From a virus, in the IMG/VR virus record IMGVR_UViG_3300045988_124937, positions 1 to 54,788 of that record: a DNA stretch of 54,788 bases; one strand, written 5' to 3'. The position numbers were made by a program, and so were the translations under genes. Position 1 is the stretch's first letter; the number at the start of each line of letters is the position of its first letter. The notes beneath the pieces were generated by a model. That model did no database searches. It was not told the origin of the DNA and was given only the letters and a program-made list of their open reading frames with translations. Of the stretch, positions 40,841 through 50,340 are shown piece after piece.

Positions 40841-40852
40841 GGGGGTACCCCC
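40841..40852. other. GGGGGTACCCCC palindrome preceded by caagggggcg (candidate packaging/cos-proximal motif; speculative)
   Basis: 12-bp perfect palindrome about 250 bp upstream of the small terminase gene. Confidence 0.25.
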
Positions 40853-40976
40853 TTAGCAGCCTATTTTCGCTCCGCCGGGTTCTGTCGCTCGACCTCTGAA
40901 CCGTAGAAAAAGTACGAGGGCGAACGTGTGTTCTACGTGAGCTGGAACACCAGAAGATGTGTTCGGTAAAACAAAA

Positions 40977-41027
40977 GGACCCCCACCGTATTCTCCCAAG
41001 GCCCCGAGGAGAATACGGTGGGGGTCC
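40977..41027 (-). terminator. 20-bp perfect-stem hairpin with a minus-strand U-tract (insulator terminator or tiny sRNA)
   Basis: GGACCCCCACCGTATTCTCC caaggccccga GGAGAATACGGTGGGGGTCC. The minus strand continues TTTTGTTTT. The plus strand has no T-tract. Confidence 0.65.
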
Positions 41028-41102
41028 CGGCTAGATTCTAGCACACAGCTATACTGGAGACTGCGGGACCCCGCCCGCACAGTTCACAGAAAGGTGCCCG
41101 AA

Positions 41103-41567
41103 ATGGGAGGAGCAGGAAACAACCGAAGCCGCCGCGGTAAGTTCGAGGTGGCGAAGGCAACCCCCGTTGTCATCGACCCCGCAGAGCAGCCGAGCCTAGA
41201 GCAGATCGGACCCAGCGTTGAATGGCTGCCGCCGACGATAGCGTTCTGGGCGTCGCTACCGGAGCACCCCACGTTCCAGACAATGACCAGCGCGCAGTGG
41301 TACGCTGCGGCGATGTCTCTCGCAGTGCCGTATAACGAGGCACTGACGAAGCTGTTCAACGGCCAGCCCTCGATGCGAGCCTCGGAAGTCTTCACCTCTA
41401 ACGCCAAGGACTACGGCCTCTCCCCCAAGGCTATGCTCGGCATGAACATCGAGCTGCTGACCGCTGCCGAGATGCAGCAGCGCGTGGATGCCTCGCGCCC
41501 GCAACTGCCGCCAGCACTGGGTAGCCCCTCCCGCACCTACGACGGACTACGACTGGAGGGTAAGTAA
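41103..41567 (+). CDS. Terminase small subunit (by position)
   Basis: gaaaggtgcccgaaATG. Basic N-terminus MGGAGNNRSRRGKF. TAATG overlap with the large terminase. No diagnostic motif. Confidence 0.6.
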   Translation: MGGAGNNRSRRGKFEVAKATPVVIDPAEQPSLEQIGPSVEWLPPTIAFWASLPEHPTFQTMTSAQWYAAAMSLAVPYNEALTKLFNGQPSMRASEVFTSNAKDYGLSPKAMLGMNIELLTAAEMQQRVDASRPQLPPALGSPSRTYDGLRLEGK

Positions 41568-43324
41568 TGGACATCTTCGGCAACGCACCTGTGGCCGCTG
41601 GCTTCAAGCCGGAGTACCCCGGCGAGTTTCCCACCCTGGGATTCGAGGCGATTCACTGGATGACTCAGTTCCTCGCTCGCCCGACGGTCACCCGGTACGA
41701 ACCGTTCTCCCCGACGCGCGAGCAGGCGGAGTTCCTGCTCAGGTGGTATCGGCTGGACCCCATCACTGGACAGCGCAAGTACCGCCGAGGCGTGATTCAG
41801 CGCCCAAAAGGATGGGGGAAGTCGCCCTTCCTGTCCGCGATCGCAGCGTTCGAGGCGCTGGGCAATTGCCGGTTCGCTGGCTGGGACGCTAACGGGCGAC
41901 CCGTGGGCGCGCCCTGGAACGAGGAGCGCAAGGTGGAAATCTCCCTGCTGGCAGTCTCGGAAGACCAGACCCGCAACGCCTTCGAGCCGATGAAGGAGAT
42001 GATGGGTACCGAACACCTTGCCGCGTACTACCCCGGCTTGGAGGTCATGGAGACACGTATCTTGCTCCCCTTCAACGGCCTGATTAAACCCCGTACCGCG
42101 AGCGCGGCCAGCTTTGAAGGTGCCCCGCAGGTGTTCACGATTGCTGACCAGACCGAGACGTGGCTACCGAATAACGGCGGTCTGGAGCTGGGCCGCGTAG
42201 CTAAGCGAAACATGTCTAAGACGGACGGCACGCTGCTTGAGGCTCCTAACGCCTTCGTGCCCGGCGCAGGCTCCTTCGCGGAGCTGACGTGGGAGGCATA
42301 CCAGAAGGCTATCGCTGGAGACTCGTTCCGAGACAGCATCTTCTATGACACGCGGGATTGGGGTGAGCCAGACCTGGATGACCCGAACAGCGTCATTGCT
42401 GGTCTTGAGCACGCCTACGGTGACTCCCTTAAGTCTGCGCATGGGTGCCGCATCCACACTCCCCCCTGCGGCGTGGACGGTTCCCCGTACCCCGGCGGCT
42501 GGGTGAACATCAACGGCGTACTCGATGACGTGTTCGACCCGGCGACCACGCTCTCCGACGCGGCCCGGTATTTCGGCAACAAGCCTCACGCCGCTGCAGA
42601 TGCCTTCCTGGACATGAGCCAGCTTGCCGCCGCTACCTTCTACGACCTAGAGGCAGCAGGCATCCAGCCTCCGTCCGCGCGCGACGAGATTGTGCTGGGC
42701 TTCGACGGTTCGTGGGGTCGAAGCAAGGGCATCACGGACGCGACCGCGATCGTGGCGATGCGTGTTTCGGATGGTCTATCCTGGGCGGTTCGTATCTGGG
42801 AACAGCCCGACTCTGCGGAGGGTCGTGACTGGGAGCCGCCTCGCCAGGAGATTGACGCGGTAATGCGCCAGACCATCCGGTCGTTCGATGTGGTGGACGC
42901 GCTCTTCGACCCCTCCGGCTGGGAGACTGCTACGGCTGAGTGGGAGAACCTGATTTCCACCCGGCGTGTGGAACGCCAGCAGCTCAGCACCAGGACGAAG
43001 CTACCACCCCGCTACGGTTCGATGATGTGGCGCGGCAACCAGCTTTCGGCGGTGGCCGCGGCGACCCAAGCCCTCCGTGTTGCGATCATCGAGAAGGAAG
43101 TAATGATTACCGGCTCATCAGACCTAAGCCGCCACATCCTGAACGCGGTGTACCGCGAGACGCGCGCGGGTAAAATTCTGTATAAGGAATCCCCGAGCAG
43201 CGCCCGCAAGATTGATGCGGCGTATGCCCTGATGCTGGCGCACCAGTCACGACTGCGTGTGCTGGCTAAGGGCACGGGAGCAGACCAGACGCGCGGCGTA
43301 ATGCAACCGATGCGTATTCGATAG
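41567..43324 (+). CDS. Terminase large subunit
   Basis: 585 aa. Walker A-like VIQRPKGWGKSPFLSAI. C-terminal nuclease-type acidic residues. Upstream of the portal. Confidence 0.85.
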   Translation: MDIFGNAPVAAGFKPEYPGEFPTLGFEAIHWMTQFLARPTVTRYEPFSPTREQAEFLLRWYRLDPITGQRKYRRGVIQRPKGWGKSPFLSAIAAFEALGNCRFAGWDANGRPVGAPWNEERKVEISLLAVSEDQTRNAFEPMKEMMGTEHLAAYYPGLEVMETRILLPFNGLIKPRTASAASFEGAPQVFTIADQTETWLPNNGGLELGRVAKRNMSKTDGTLLEAPNAFVPGAGSFAELTWEAYQKAIAGDSFRDSIFYDTRDWGEPDLDDPNSVIAGLEHAYGDSLKSAHGCRIHTPPCGVDGSPYPGGWVNINGVLDDVFDPATTLSDAARYFGNKPHAAADAFLDMSQLAAATFYDLEAAGIQPPSARDEIVLGFDGSWGRSKGITDATAIVAMRVSDGLSWAVRIWEQPDSAEGRDWEPPRQEIDAVMRQTIRSFDVVDALFDPSGWETATAEWENLISTRRVERQQLSTRTKLPPRYGSMMWRGNQLSAVAAATQALRVAIIEKEVMITGSSDLSRHILNAVYRETRAGKILYKESPSSARKIDAAYALMLAHQSRLRVLAKGTGADQTRGVMQPMRIR

Positions 43325-43335
43325 GAGAAGAAGAT

Positions 43336-44877
43336 TTGCTGATTTCAAGCGACCTCATCGGGGAGCCCGGCTCGGACGCCTGGTGGATGAACCGCCTCGG
43401 CACCATCATGTCCGCTCGCACCCCGCACGTGTACCGGATGTTGGAATGGTATTTCGGTAATGCGCCCATGCCAGACCTGGACGCGATGGTGGATGACAAG
43501 ACGGCGGCGGCGTACAAGCGCCTGGTGAAGCTGTCCCGTATGAACCTGGCGTCCCTGCTGGTGGATGCGCGCCTGCCCCGTATGCGTTTGAGCGGCGCGC
43601 GCACTACGGCGGACGACTCCCCGAACGGTGATGACGTGGTGGCAGAGCTACTGCGCGAGCAGAACTTGAACGTGAAGCTTCGCCTGGCCTGGCGTGATGC
43701 GCTGGTCACCGGCAAGGGATACATCGTCTCGACGGTGGGCGGCATGATGCACTCATCTCCGCTGAACACGGTGTGCGTGACTGATTCGTTCGGTAACGTG
43801 GCAGCGGCGATGACGGTCTATGTTGATGAGATGACTCAGGAGAACGTGCTCCTGCTGGCGCGCCCTGGGTACGTCCGCGAGGCGCGCTCCTCGACCGGAA
43901 TGTGCGTGCTACCGAACGCTATTTACGAAGCGAAGAACGGCGGCGCGTTCAAGCCCGGATTGTTCGCCAACGAGGACGCTAAGGTGTGGTCGATGATGGC
44001 CGACCGATGGGAGCTTGGCGAGCCTTCCCCCACCGGGACTGAGGGTGTGCCGGTCTACGAGTTCGCTTATGATCGCGGTCTGCTCAAGAAGCACGAGGCG
44101 TCGATGCTGCGCATCAACCAGATTCTCCTGCAACGCAGTGTCATCTTCGCAACTCAGGCGTTCAAGCAGCAGGTAGTCCTCGACGCGCCCATGACTGACG
44201 AGAGTGGCAACCCCATTGACTACTCGAAGATTCAGATGGATAACTCCCCCGGCTCGCTATGGTTCCTCCCCCGAGGCGCGAAGTTCTGGGAGTCGTCCAC
44301 GGCTGACACCTCCCCGATGCAGGAGGCGCTACAGGACGAACTGCGCAACCTGGCCGGTGAGTCCCGTACTCCGCTGTTCATGCTGAGCTCGGACTCGGTG
44401 AACGCATCGAGTGAGGGTGCGTCCGCACAGCGCGAGCTTCTGGCCTTCGACATCGAGGAGCTGGAGGACTTGTTCGCCGAAACGTTGAAGCGCCTCATCT
44501 CTGACGCGCTGATTGCGCGCGGTGAGACGGAGCGTGCAGACCGTGCGCAGATGCGCATCGAGTGGGTGGACCCGCGCCGCCCGTCCCAGCTGGAGCGAGC
44601 AACGGCTATCGCGGCAGCGACCGGAGCGGGTATCCCCCTGGACACTGCCCTGCGCAAGTTCGGCGGCTTCACCCCCGATGAGGTGGAGGAGACGATGCGT
44701 GAGGTTGGCGTGGGCAAGCTCATCGACACGCTCTCCTCGAACGTCGCGCCGCTGGGGAATCCGTACCCCGAGGTAACCCCCGGCCAGGAGGAGTCACCGG
44801 CAAGTAGCACGGAGGTTGTGGACACTGCGGTGAACTTCTCCCCCGACGCTAACCGCATCTCGAAGACGGGCGCATAA
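43336..44877 (+). CDS. Portal protein
   Basis: 513 aa with a TTG start after aggagaagaaga. Position between terminase and MuF. SPP1-type portal size. Confidence 0.75.
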   Translation: MLISSDLIGEPGSDAWWMNRLGTIMSARTPHVYRMLEWYFGNAPMPDLDAMVDDKTAAAYKRLVKLSRMNLASLLVDARLPRMRLSGARTTADDSPNGDDVVAELLREQNLNVKLRLAWRDALVTGKGYIVSTVGGMMHSSPLNTVCVTDSFGNVAAAMTVYVDEMTQENVLLLARPGYVREARSSTGMCVLPNAIYEAKNGGAFKPGLFANEDAKVWSMMADRWELGEPSPTGTEGVPVYEFAYDRGLLKKHEASMLRINQILLQRSVIFATQAFKQQVVLDAPMTDESGNPIDYSKIQMDNSPGSLWFLPRGAKFWESSTADTSPMQEALQDELRNLAGESRTPLFMLSSDSVNASSEGASAQRELLAFDIEELEDLFAETLKRLISDALIARGETERADRAQMRIEWVDPRRPSQLERATAIAAATGAGIPLDTALRKFGGFTPDEVEETMREVGVGKLIDTLSSNVAPLGNPYPEVTPGQEESPASSTEVVDTAVNFSPDANRISKTGA

Positions 44878-44879
44878 CC

Positions 44880-45869
44880 ATGACCACGATGGGAGATGTC
44901 GCCAACGGCAAGTCCGCGCGCACCCGCTCCCTGGTGGATGCGCTCGTGCGCTGGCTCTTCAATCTGTGGGAGTCACACACGGATTTCAGCGACGCGGGAA
45001 CAGCTGAGCTGATTCGCGATTCGGTGGATGCCGTGGAGGAGACGCTGGTGCGCGCTCGCCAGGAGGAGGACGCATACCAGGCTGTTGTGTTGCGCGCGCT
45101 GGGCCGCCGCTTCCCTGACGGCGTGCCGCCTGCAGACCGGGAGCTGTACCCACGTCAGAACAAGATTCCAGAGGAAGTGTGGGCGCGCCCTGTTTTCGTT
45201 TACCGCAAGGCACGGCAGGAAGGGGCGAGCCCTGCAGAGGCGAAGTTGCGCGCGCTTGGGCGAGTGCGTGAGCTGGCAGAAGCAGATATTAAAATGGCTC
45301 AGCGCGAGCGCGCCTCCCGCATCCTACAGTCTGCTGCTCCGCAGGGAGTGATAGGGTATCGGCGCATCATCCACCCGGAGCGCTCCAAGACGGGTACCTG
45401 TGGTCTGTGCTTGGTGGCGGCGAACCGTATCTACTCCACCGGCGAGCTGTACCCACTGCACACAGGGTGCCAGTGCGAGGTTCTGCCCATCACCGAGGAG
45501 CATGACCCCGGCTTGCATCTGAACCGCGAAGATTTGGACGCTATCTACCGCATCGCTGGCTCCACCGGCGCGTCCGACCTATCGAACACCCGTATCAAGG
45601 AATACGTCTCGGGTGAGTGGGGGTCGGTGCTGCGCAAGCACGACCGCTCCACGGCCTCGGGTCTGTCCCCGAGGGACGAGAAGTTCGCCCTGCCCAAGGA
45701 GGATGCACAGCGCTACTCGCGGGTGTCCGACCCGGAGCGCATGGTGCGCCGTCTGAACAAGTCGCGCAGCGAGCTCGGGGAGTGGGAGTCTCGCCGCGGC
45801 TCTGCGTCCCGCTCGCGCAAGAGCAACCTGGAGAAGACGCTGGAGTACTGGGAGAAGATGGCAGGATGA
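44880..45869 (+). CDS. MuF-like head morphogenesis (minor capsid) protein
   Basis: KTGTCGLCLVAANRIYSTGELYPLHTGCQCEVLPI, the SPP1 gp7/MuF Cys/His signature. Confidence 0.7.
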   Translation: MTTMGDVANGKSARTRSLVDALVRWLFNLWESHTDFSDAGTAELIRDSVDAVEETLVRARQEEDAYQAVVLRALGRRFPDGVPPADRELYPRQNKIPEEVWARPVFVYRKARQEGASPAEAKLRALGRVRELAEADIKMAQRERASRILQSAAPQGVIGYRRIIHPERSKTGTCGLCLVAANRIYSTGELYPLHTGCQCEVLPITEEHDPGLHLNREDLDAIYRIAGSTGASDLSNTRIKEYVSGEWGSVLRKHDRSTASGLSPRDEKFALPKEDAQRYSRVSDPERMVRRLNKSRSELGEWESRRGSASRSRKSNLEKTLEYWEKMAG

Positions 45870-46255
45870 TTACGCTAGTCACGGGCGCCCCGGCTTCGGG
45901 AAAGAGTACCTATGTGCGGTATCACGCGAAGCCTGGCGATGTTATCATAGATTTGGACAATATCAAGGAGTTTGCGCGTGGAGACGAAAAGTTGGCGGCG
46001 CGACTCCGTACAGCGTTTGAGTCTCGGATGCACACCCTCACTCAGGATGTGTGGGTGGTCCGAACCCTCACGAACCCGGCGGACCGGGCGCTCTACATTC
46101 GCAGGCATCACGTGGCGCGAGTGGTAGAGCTGCGTGCGCCGGGGGAGATTCTTCATTCCCGAGCAAGAGGGCGTGGGGACTCCCTAGAAGTTCACGAGGT
46201 CATCGACCGCTGGCTTGACCAGAACCCCGGAATGGGGAGCACACCGGAAAGGTAA
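45866..46255 (+). CDS. P-loop NTPase / kinase-like protein (129 aa)
   Basis: ATGA overlap start. MITLVTGAPASGKSTYV (Walker A) then VIIDLD (Walker B-like). Confidence 0.6.
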   Translation: MITLVTGAPASGKSTYVRYHAKPGDVIIDLDNIKEFARGDEKLAARLRTAFESRMHTLTQDVWVVRTLTNPADRALYIRRHHVARVVELRAPGEILHSRARGRGDSLEVHEVIDRWLDQNPGMGSTPER

Positions 46256-46257
46256 TC

Positions 46258-46824
46258 ATGGAGAACGAAGCAAACTTCACTATCGAACCGGAGCCCAAGG
46301 CGGTAGACATCTCCCAGGTCGGAGAACAGCTCGGCAAGGAAGAAGACGCACCCAAGGGTGGCACGGATTGGAAGCATCACTCCCGAACCTGGGAGCAGCG
46401 CGCTAAGGACTCGGCACGAAAGGTGAAGGAATTGGAAGACGCACTAGCAGCACAGAGTGCAAGCACAAACGCGACTGACCAGATGGCAGCATTGCAGGCG
46501 AAGGTCGCGTCGCTAGAGGCTGACGTAGCCGAGAAGGAGTTTGACAACATCTTCAACCAGGCTATTCAGTCGTCGGGTGCATTGCATCTGGCAGCGCTCA
46601 AGGAAGGACTCAACCGAGAAGCCTTCCGCGCCGAGGACGGTTCGTGGGATTCGGGAAAGCTGAACGCCTACATCTCCGGTCTGGTGCCTGCAGCCGCTAC
46701 TCCCGCTCCTGTTTCTCCTGGACTCCCGCAGAACTTCTCGCAGGGTGCGACCCCCTCCACTAAGGATGAGGTCGCCTCGGCTAAGCATCTTGCGGGCGTT
46801 ATGAAGCAGAAGAATCTTAAGTAG
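46258..46824 (+). CDS. Scaffolding protein (by position and composition)
   Basis: 188 aa, helical and charged, lying between MuF and the capsid genes. Confidence 0.6.
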   Translation: MENEANFTIEPEPKAVDISQVGEQLGKEEDAPKGGTDWKHHSRTWEQRAKDSARKVKELEDALAAQSASTNATDQMAALQAKVASLEADVAEKEFDNIFNQAIQSSGALHLAALKEGLNREAFRAEDGSWDSGKLNAYISGLVPAAATPAPVSPGLPQNFSQGATPSTKDEVASAKHLAGVMKQKNLK

Positions 46825-46836
46825 AAAGAGGCAAAC

Positions 46837-47238
46837 ATGCCCCGCATCAAGCGTGTGGATTACCGCATGTCTGGTCCGAGCTGGCTGCTGGAAGGCAAGG
46901 CACGCGACCACGGCCAGACCGCGATTTACGATCCCGCAAACTTCACCGAGGTGATTGCCAAGTACAAGTGCATCCCCTCGGGTTACCCTGTGCTCTTCGA
47001 TGCACGCGGTAATATCACCCCCATCACCGCAGCGAACGAGACTCCCGATGCACTGGTCATCTGGGATCAGAGCGCTAAGCCTGGCACTGGTAAGCAGGAA
47101 GTCGCTGTATTGGTTCACGGCGCGGTCTACCACCACCGCCTGCCCAAGGTTATTGTCGGCGGCGAGGAGAAGGTTCTCGAAGTGGATAAGACCAAGAAGA
47201 CCCCGCTGATTTACCTGTACAAGGAGGCTGACAACTAA
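46837..47238 (+). CDS. Head decoration protein (lambda gpD-like, by position)
   Basis: 133 aa directly upstream of a gpE-like capsid gene. EVAVLVHGAVYHHRL resembles the decoration-protein C-terminal strand. Confidence 0.5.
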   Translation: MPRIKRVDYRMSGPSWLLEGKARDHGQTAIYDPANFTEVIAKYKCIPSGYPVLFDARGNITPITAANETPDALVIWDQSAKPGTGKQEVAVLVHGAVYHHRLPKVIVGGEEKVLEVDKTKKTPLIYLYKEADN

Positions 47239-48278
47239 TGGCTGAGCTGTGGCATGATGCCGTAACCCCCCGCGAGCTGACCCTCGCGGTGCGCGACTTC
47301 GCAGGCGAGTACCTGGAGGCGGAGCGTAAGAACGGCCACCTGACCTCCTACTTGCCGGAGATTCAGGTACCTTCTGACTCTGTATCTCTGTCTGCGCTGG
47401 CTCCCTCCCGACAGGGTATGGCGCTGAACCGTGCGCTGGACGCTGAGACTACCCGCGGTTCCTCCGTGGCGGCACGCAAGATGTCGTTCGACCTGCCGAA
47501 CCTGTCCCACGCGGTGCCTATCTCCGAAGCCCAGCTGCTCGCGGCTGGTCTGGGTACGTCCCCCTTCGCGGAGAACTACATCGCGGACGCGGCTGTGGCA
47601 ACCTTCAAGGCTATTGACGCTACCCTGGAGTGGCAGCGTGGTCGCGCGCTGACCACCGGCAAGACCCCGCTGATTTACCCCGGCGGCCAGATTCTTGAGG
47701 ACGATTGGGGCCGCGACGCGCGTATGTCCGTCACCGCTACCCAGCTGTGGAGCGACCCGAACGCGCCGGTGCTTGACCACCTGCGCGATTTCGTGGAGGC
47801 ATACCGCCTGGTGAACTTCACCGAGCCGGGTACCCTGGTCATCTCTAAGAAGATTCGTGACCTGCTGCTGCGCAACAACCAGATCTTCAAGATGATCTAC
47901 GGTACCAACGCTACTGCGCTGGCTGGCATCATCATTGGTATGGATGCTGTGAACCAGGTTCTCAACGTAGTTGGTCTTCCCACCGTCGTTGTGTACGACC
48001 GCATCGTTCGTAACCCGGAGGGTGTGGACGTGCGAGTGCTTGACGAGGATCGCATTTACATGCTTCCGTCTGAAGGCTCTACCGATATGGGCGCGACCTT
48101 CTGGGGTCCCACCGCTACCTCGCTGGCTCTGGGTTGGAACCCTGCAGAGGGCGCAGGCATCTTCACTGGTATGCGTCGTAACAACACCATCCCCGTTGTC
48201 ACTGAGGTTGTTTCGGACGCACTGGCTATGCCCGCGCTCCACAACCCGAACCTGGCCTTCACCGCTAAGGTTCTCTAG
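47238..48278 (+). CDS. Major capsid protein (lambda gpE-like family)
   Basis: 346 aa. Position is correct for a capsid gene. N-terminal MAELWHDAVTPRELT and overall length are typical of the capsid-E family. Confidence 0.75.
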   Translation: MAELWHDAVTPRELTLAVRDFAGEYLEAERKNGHLTSYLPEIQVPSDSVSLSALAPSRQGMALNRALDAETTRGSSVAARKMSFDLPNLSHAVPISEAQLLAAGLGTSPFAENYIADAAVATFKAIDATLEWQRGRALTTGKTPLIYPGGQILEDDWGRDARMSVTATQLWSDPNAPVLDHLRDFVEAYRLVNFTEPGTLVISKKIRDLLLRNNQIFKMIYGTNATALAGIIIGMDAVNQVLNVVGLPTVVVYDRIVRNPEGVDVRVLDEDRIYMLPSEGSTDMGATFWGPTATSLALGWNPAEGAGIFTGMRRNNTIPVVTEVVSDALAMPALHNPNLAFTAKVL

Positions 48279-48454
48279 TGGCTAAGGCAGCGGATACCCT
48301 GTTCATCGCTGGTCGGTTCATCCTGGCTGGCGAAGAGATCCCTGCCGAGCTGGTCCCCCTCATCACCAATCCAGAGGCGATCGAGGGGGGCATCCCTGCT
48401 CCGGCAAAGGCGCGAAAGCCGCGTACCAAGAAGGAACCCGTAGAGGAGGCGTAG
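48278..48454 (+). CDS. Small hypothetical protein (58 aa; below the ORF-track cutoff)
   Basis: GTG overlapping the capsid TAG. My translation begins VAKAADTLFIAGRFILAGEEIPAELVPLITNPEAIEGG and ends KKEPVEEA. Confidence 0.45.
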   Translation: MAKAADTLFIAGRFILAGEEIPAELVPLITNPEAIEGGIPAPAKARKPRTKKEPVEEA

Positions 48455-48894
48455 TGGCTAATTTGGTCATCACCCGAGAAGAAGTTGAGCTAGAGCTGGG
48501 CGACTTGCCGTTGGCTCGTTCCCTCGACCTTATCGAGGGAAAGATCAAGGCCGCTATCGCAACCCTTCGCGGAGTCTGCCCTCGCGTGGACCGCTTGCTT
48601 GCATCTGACGCACCGCTGAGCGAAGTCGATGAGCTGAACATCAAGACTGCGGTTATCAACTCGGTCAGTCGTTTCATGCGAAACGACATGTCGGGGTACC
48701 GCAAGGAGGAAGAGTCCAGCTACGCCTACGAGCGCGACCCGCTGTGGTCGAGCGCGAACCTGTGGTTCACCGACTTGGAGCTCAAGGCGCTCAAGTGCAA
48801 CAGCATCGACGGGTGTACCGCCTTCGGCACCATCCGCACCACTCTCTCGGAGCCTTACGCTTCTGGGTGGGGTTTCTCAGGTGGGTGGTGCTGA
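48454..48894 (+). CDS. Head-tail connector/adaptor protein
   Basis: 146 aa. First gene after the capsid block. GTG start overlapping the upstream stop. Confidence 0.55.
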   Translation: MANLVITREEVELELGDLPLARSLDLIEGKIKAAIATLRGVCPRVDRLLASDAPLSEVDELNIKTAVINSVSRFMRNDMSGYRKEEESSYAYERDPLWSSANLWFTDLELKALKCNSIDGCTAFGTIRTTLSEPYASGWGFSGGWC

Positions 48895-49373
48895 TGAGCC
48901 TGGTTACCAACCCCCGGCATGTGGTGAAGGTGTACCCGGCAATCAAGAAGATGATGCCTGACGGCGGTGGCGGCATTGGCTGGTCGGATGAGCCGTTGCT
49001 CATCCGGGGCAATGTTCAGCCGCTCGCTAGTGATAACTTGAACCGTACCGCCTCGACCCGTGATGAATATTACGGCGAAACGTTGGCGACTACGGCGGTT
49101 ATTACGACCCCACCCGGCACGTGGGATAAGGCGCGACAGACCCTCCCCGAGGAGCTTCGCGAGGGCTTCCCCATCGACGCGCTGGTGGTGTTCGACCCCA
49201 ACCAGTACACCACTGTGCTTGGGGTGCGAACCCCTACGGGCGGCCCGCCGTTGGTCTACCAGATCAACGCGCGCGAGGTTCTGTTTCGTATGGGGAGGCA
49301 CACCCAGCACGATAAGGTTTCTTTGTATCGCGGCAATGATGTTCACCGTAAGTTCCTGGAAGGAAAGGTCTAG
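48894..49373 (+). CDS. Head closure / head-tail joining protein
   Basis: ATGA overlap start (MSLVTNPRHVVKVYPA...). IRGNVQPLASDNL resembles the H_T_join family. Confidence 0.55.
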   Translation: MSLVTNPRHVVKVYPAIKKMMPDGGGGIGWSDEPLLIRGNVQPLASDNLNRTASTRDEYYGETLATTAVITTPPGTWDKARQTLPEELREGFPIDALVVFDPNQYTTVLGVRTPTGGPPLVYQINAREVLFRMGRHTQHDKVSLYRGNDVHRKFLEGKV

Positions 49374-49882
49374 TGGCACGACGAGACGGAATCGAGCTGT
49401 ACGACTCCAACGCCCGGCACATCAGTAGCCGGTTGTCCATACAGACCACCATCCTTGATGACGTGGCTGACGACATCCGACGCGAAGCACGACGCGCGGC
49501 GATGCCGTATCGAAAGAGCATTGGGGACTCGTATGTCGATCACTTCAAGGTGAAGACAGACCGATACACCGGCAAGGGCCGCCACAAGCAGTACCCGGTG
49601 TATGACCGACTGGTGGTCAATGACCACTACGCGGCGCACATCGTGGAGCTGGGTATCGGCAAGGACGTTATTCACTTCTCGGACGGACGCGAGCAGGAGG
49701 TTACGGAGCTGCAGCGCGGTCACTTCTTCCTGACCGGCGCGGCCGCAAAGGTGGTAGGAATGAAGAAGCTTCGCCGTCCCCGTCCTGCACTGCGACCGGC
49801 AGATTGGGACAAGCGCGATGCACGCCGCGAGATCAACAAGGGCACTGGCTTCCGTCACAACGTTCTGCGAAAGGGCAAGTGA
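49373..49882 (+). CDS. HK97 gp10-like tail-completion/neck protein
   Basis: 169 aa. Position and the HIVELG segment. Confidence 0.5.
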   Translation: MARRDGIELYDSNARHISSRLSIQTTILDDVADDIRREARRAAMPYRKSIGDSYVDHFKVKTDRYTGKGRHKQYPVYDRLVVNDHYAAHIVELGIGKDVIHFSDGREQEVTELQRGHFFLTGAAAKVVGMKKLRRPRPALRPADWDKRDARREINKGTGFRHNVLRKGK

Positions 49883-50316
49883 TGGAACCTGCAAACTCGG
49901 CGGTGTGGCTTCATACCGTGCTCGAACGAGCGTTCCCCGGTCACGTCATCAAGGACGTCGGCTCGGGGGAGCTTCCCGAATGGTATATCCAGCAGCACGA
50001 GATGATGTCCTCTTTTGATGAGCCGGATGCGGAGGATGTGCTCAGTATCTCCCGCCGAAGCTTCCGACTGCGCGTGTACGCGCCGACTTCCTATGAAGCG
50101 ACGCAGCACGCATCCCGCGCTCTCGGCGCGGTGCGACAGGCTGTCAAGGACCAGGTAACCGCTGGCGGCCTCACCGGATGGTCTTTCTCTTTGTGGCAGG
50201 CGCCCGTGGAGAATTTCAAGGTCACGTCCATTAAGGCGACTATCGGAGCGCAGGTAGACTGCTCATTCTCTGTGAAGTTCCTGCACACCTTCGATGAGCT
50301 TTTCGGGCTTGGCTAA
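49882..50316 (+). CDS. Tail terminator-like protein
   Basis: ATG 49882 overlaps the upstream TGA. It is the last gene before the major tail protein. Confidence 0.5.
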   Translation: MEPANSAVWLHTVLERAFPGHVIKDVGSGELPEWYIQQHEMMSSFDEPDAEDVLSISRRSFRLRVYAPTSYEATQHASRALGAVRQAVKDQVTAGGLTGWSFSLWQAPVENFKVTSIKATIGAQVDCSFSVKFLHTFDELFGLG

Positions 50317-50340
50317 AACACTAATTAGAAAGGAGTTCTT

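Noticed and set aside
40959-41102. Small terminase start at 40959
   Set aside because: The extension would translate through the 20-bp perfect hairpin/terminator and lacks an RBS. ATG 41103 follows GAAAGGTG.
47235-48242. 335-aa minus-strand ORF
   Set aside because: It is antisense to the major capsid gene and sits inside a tightly packed plus-strand operon.
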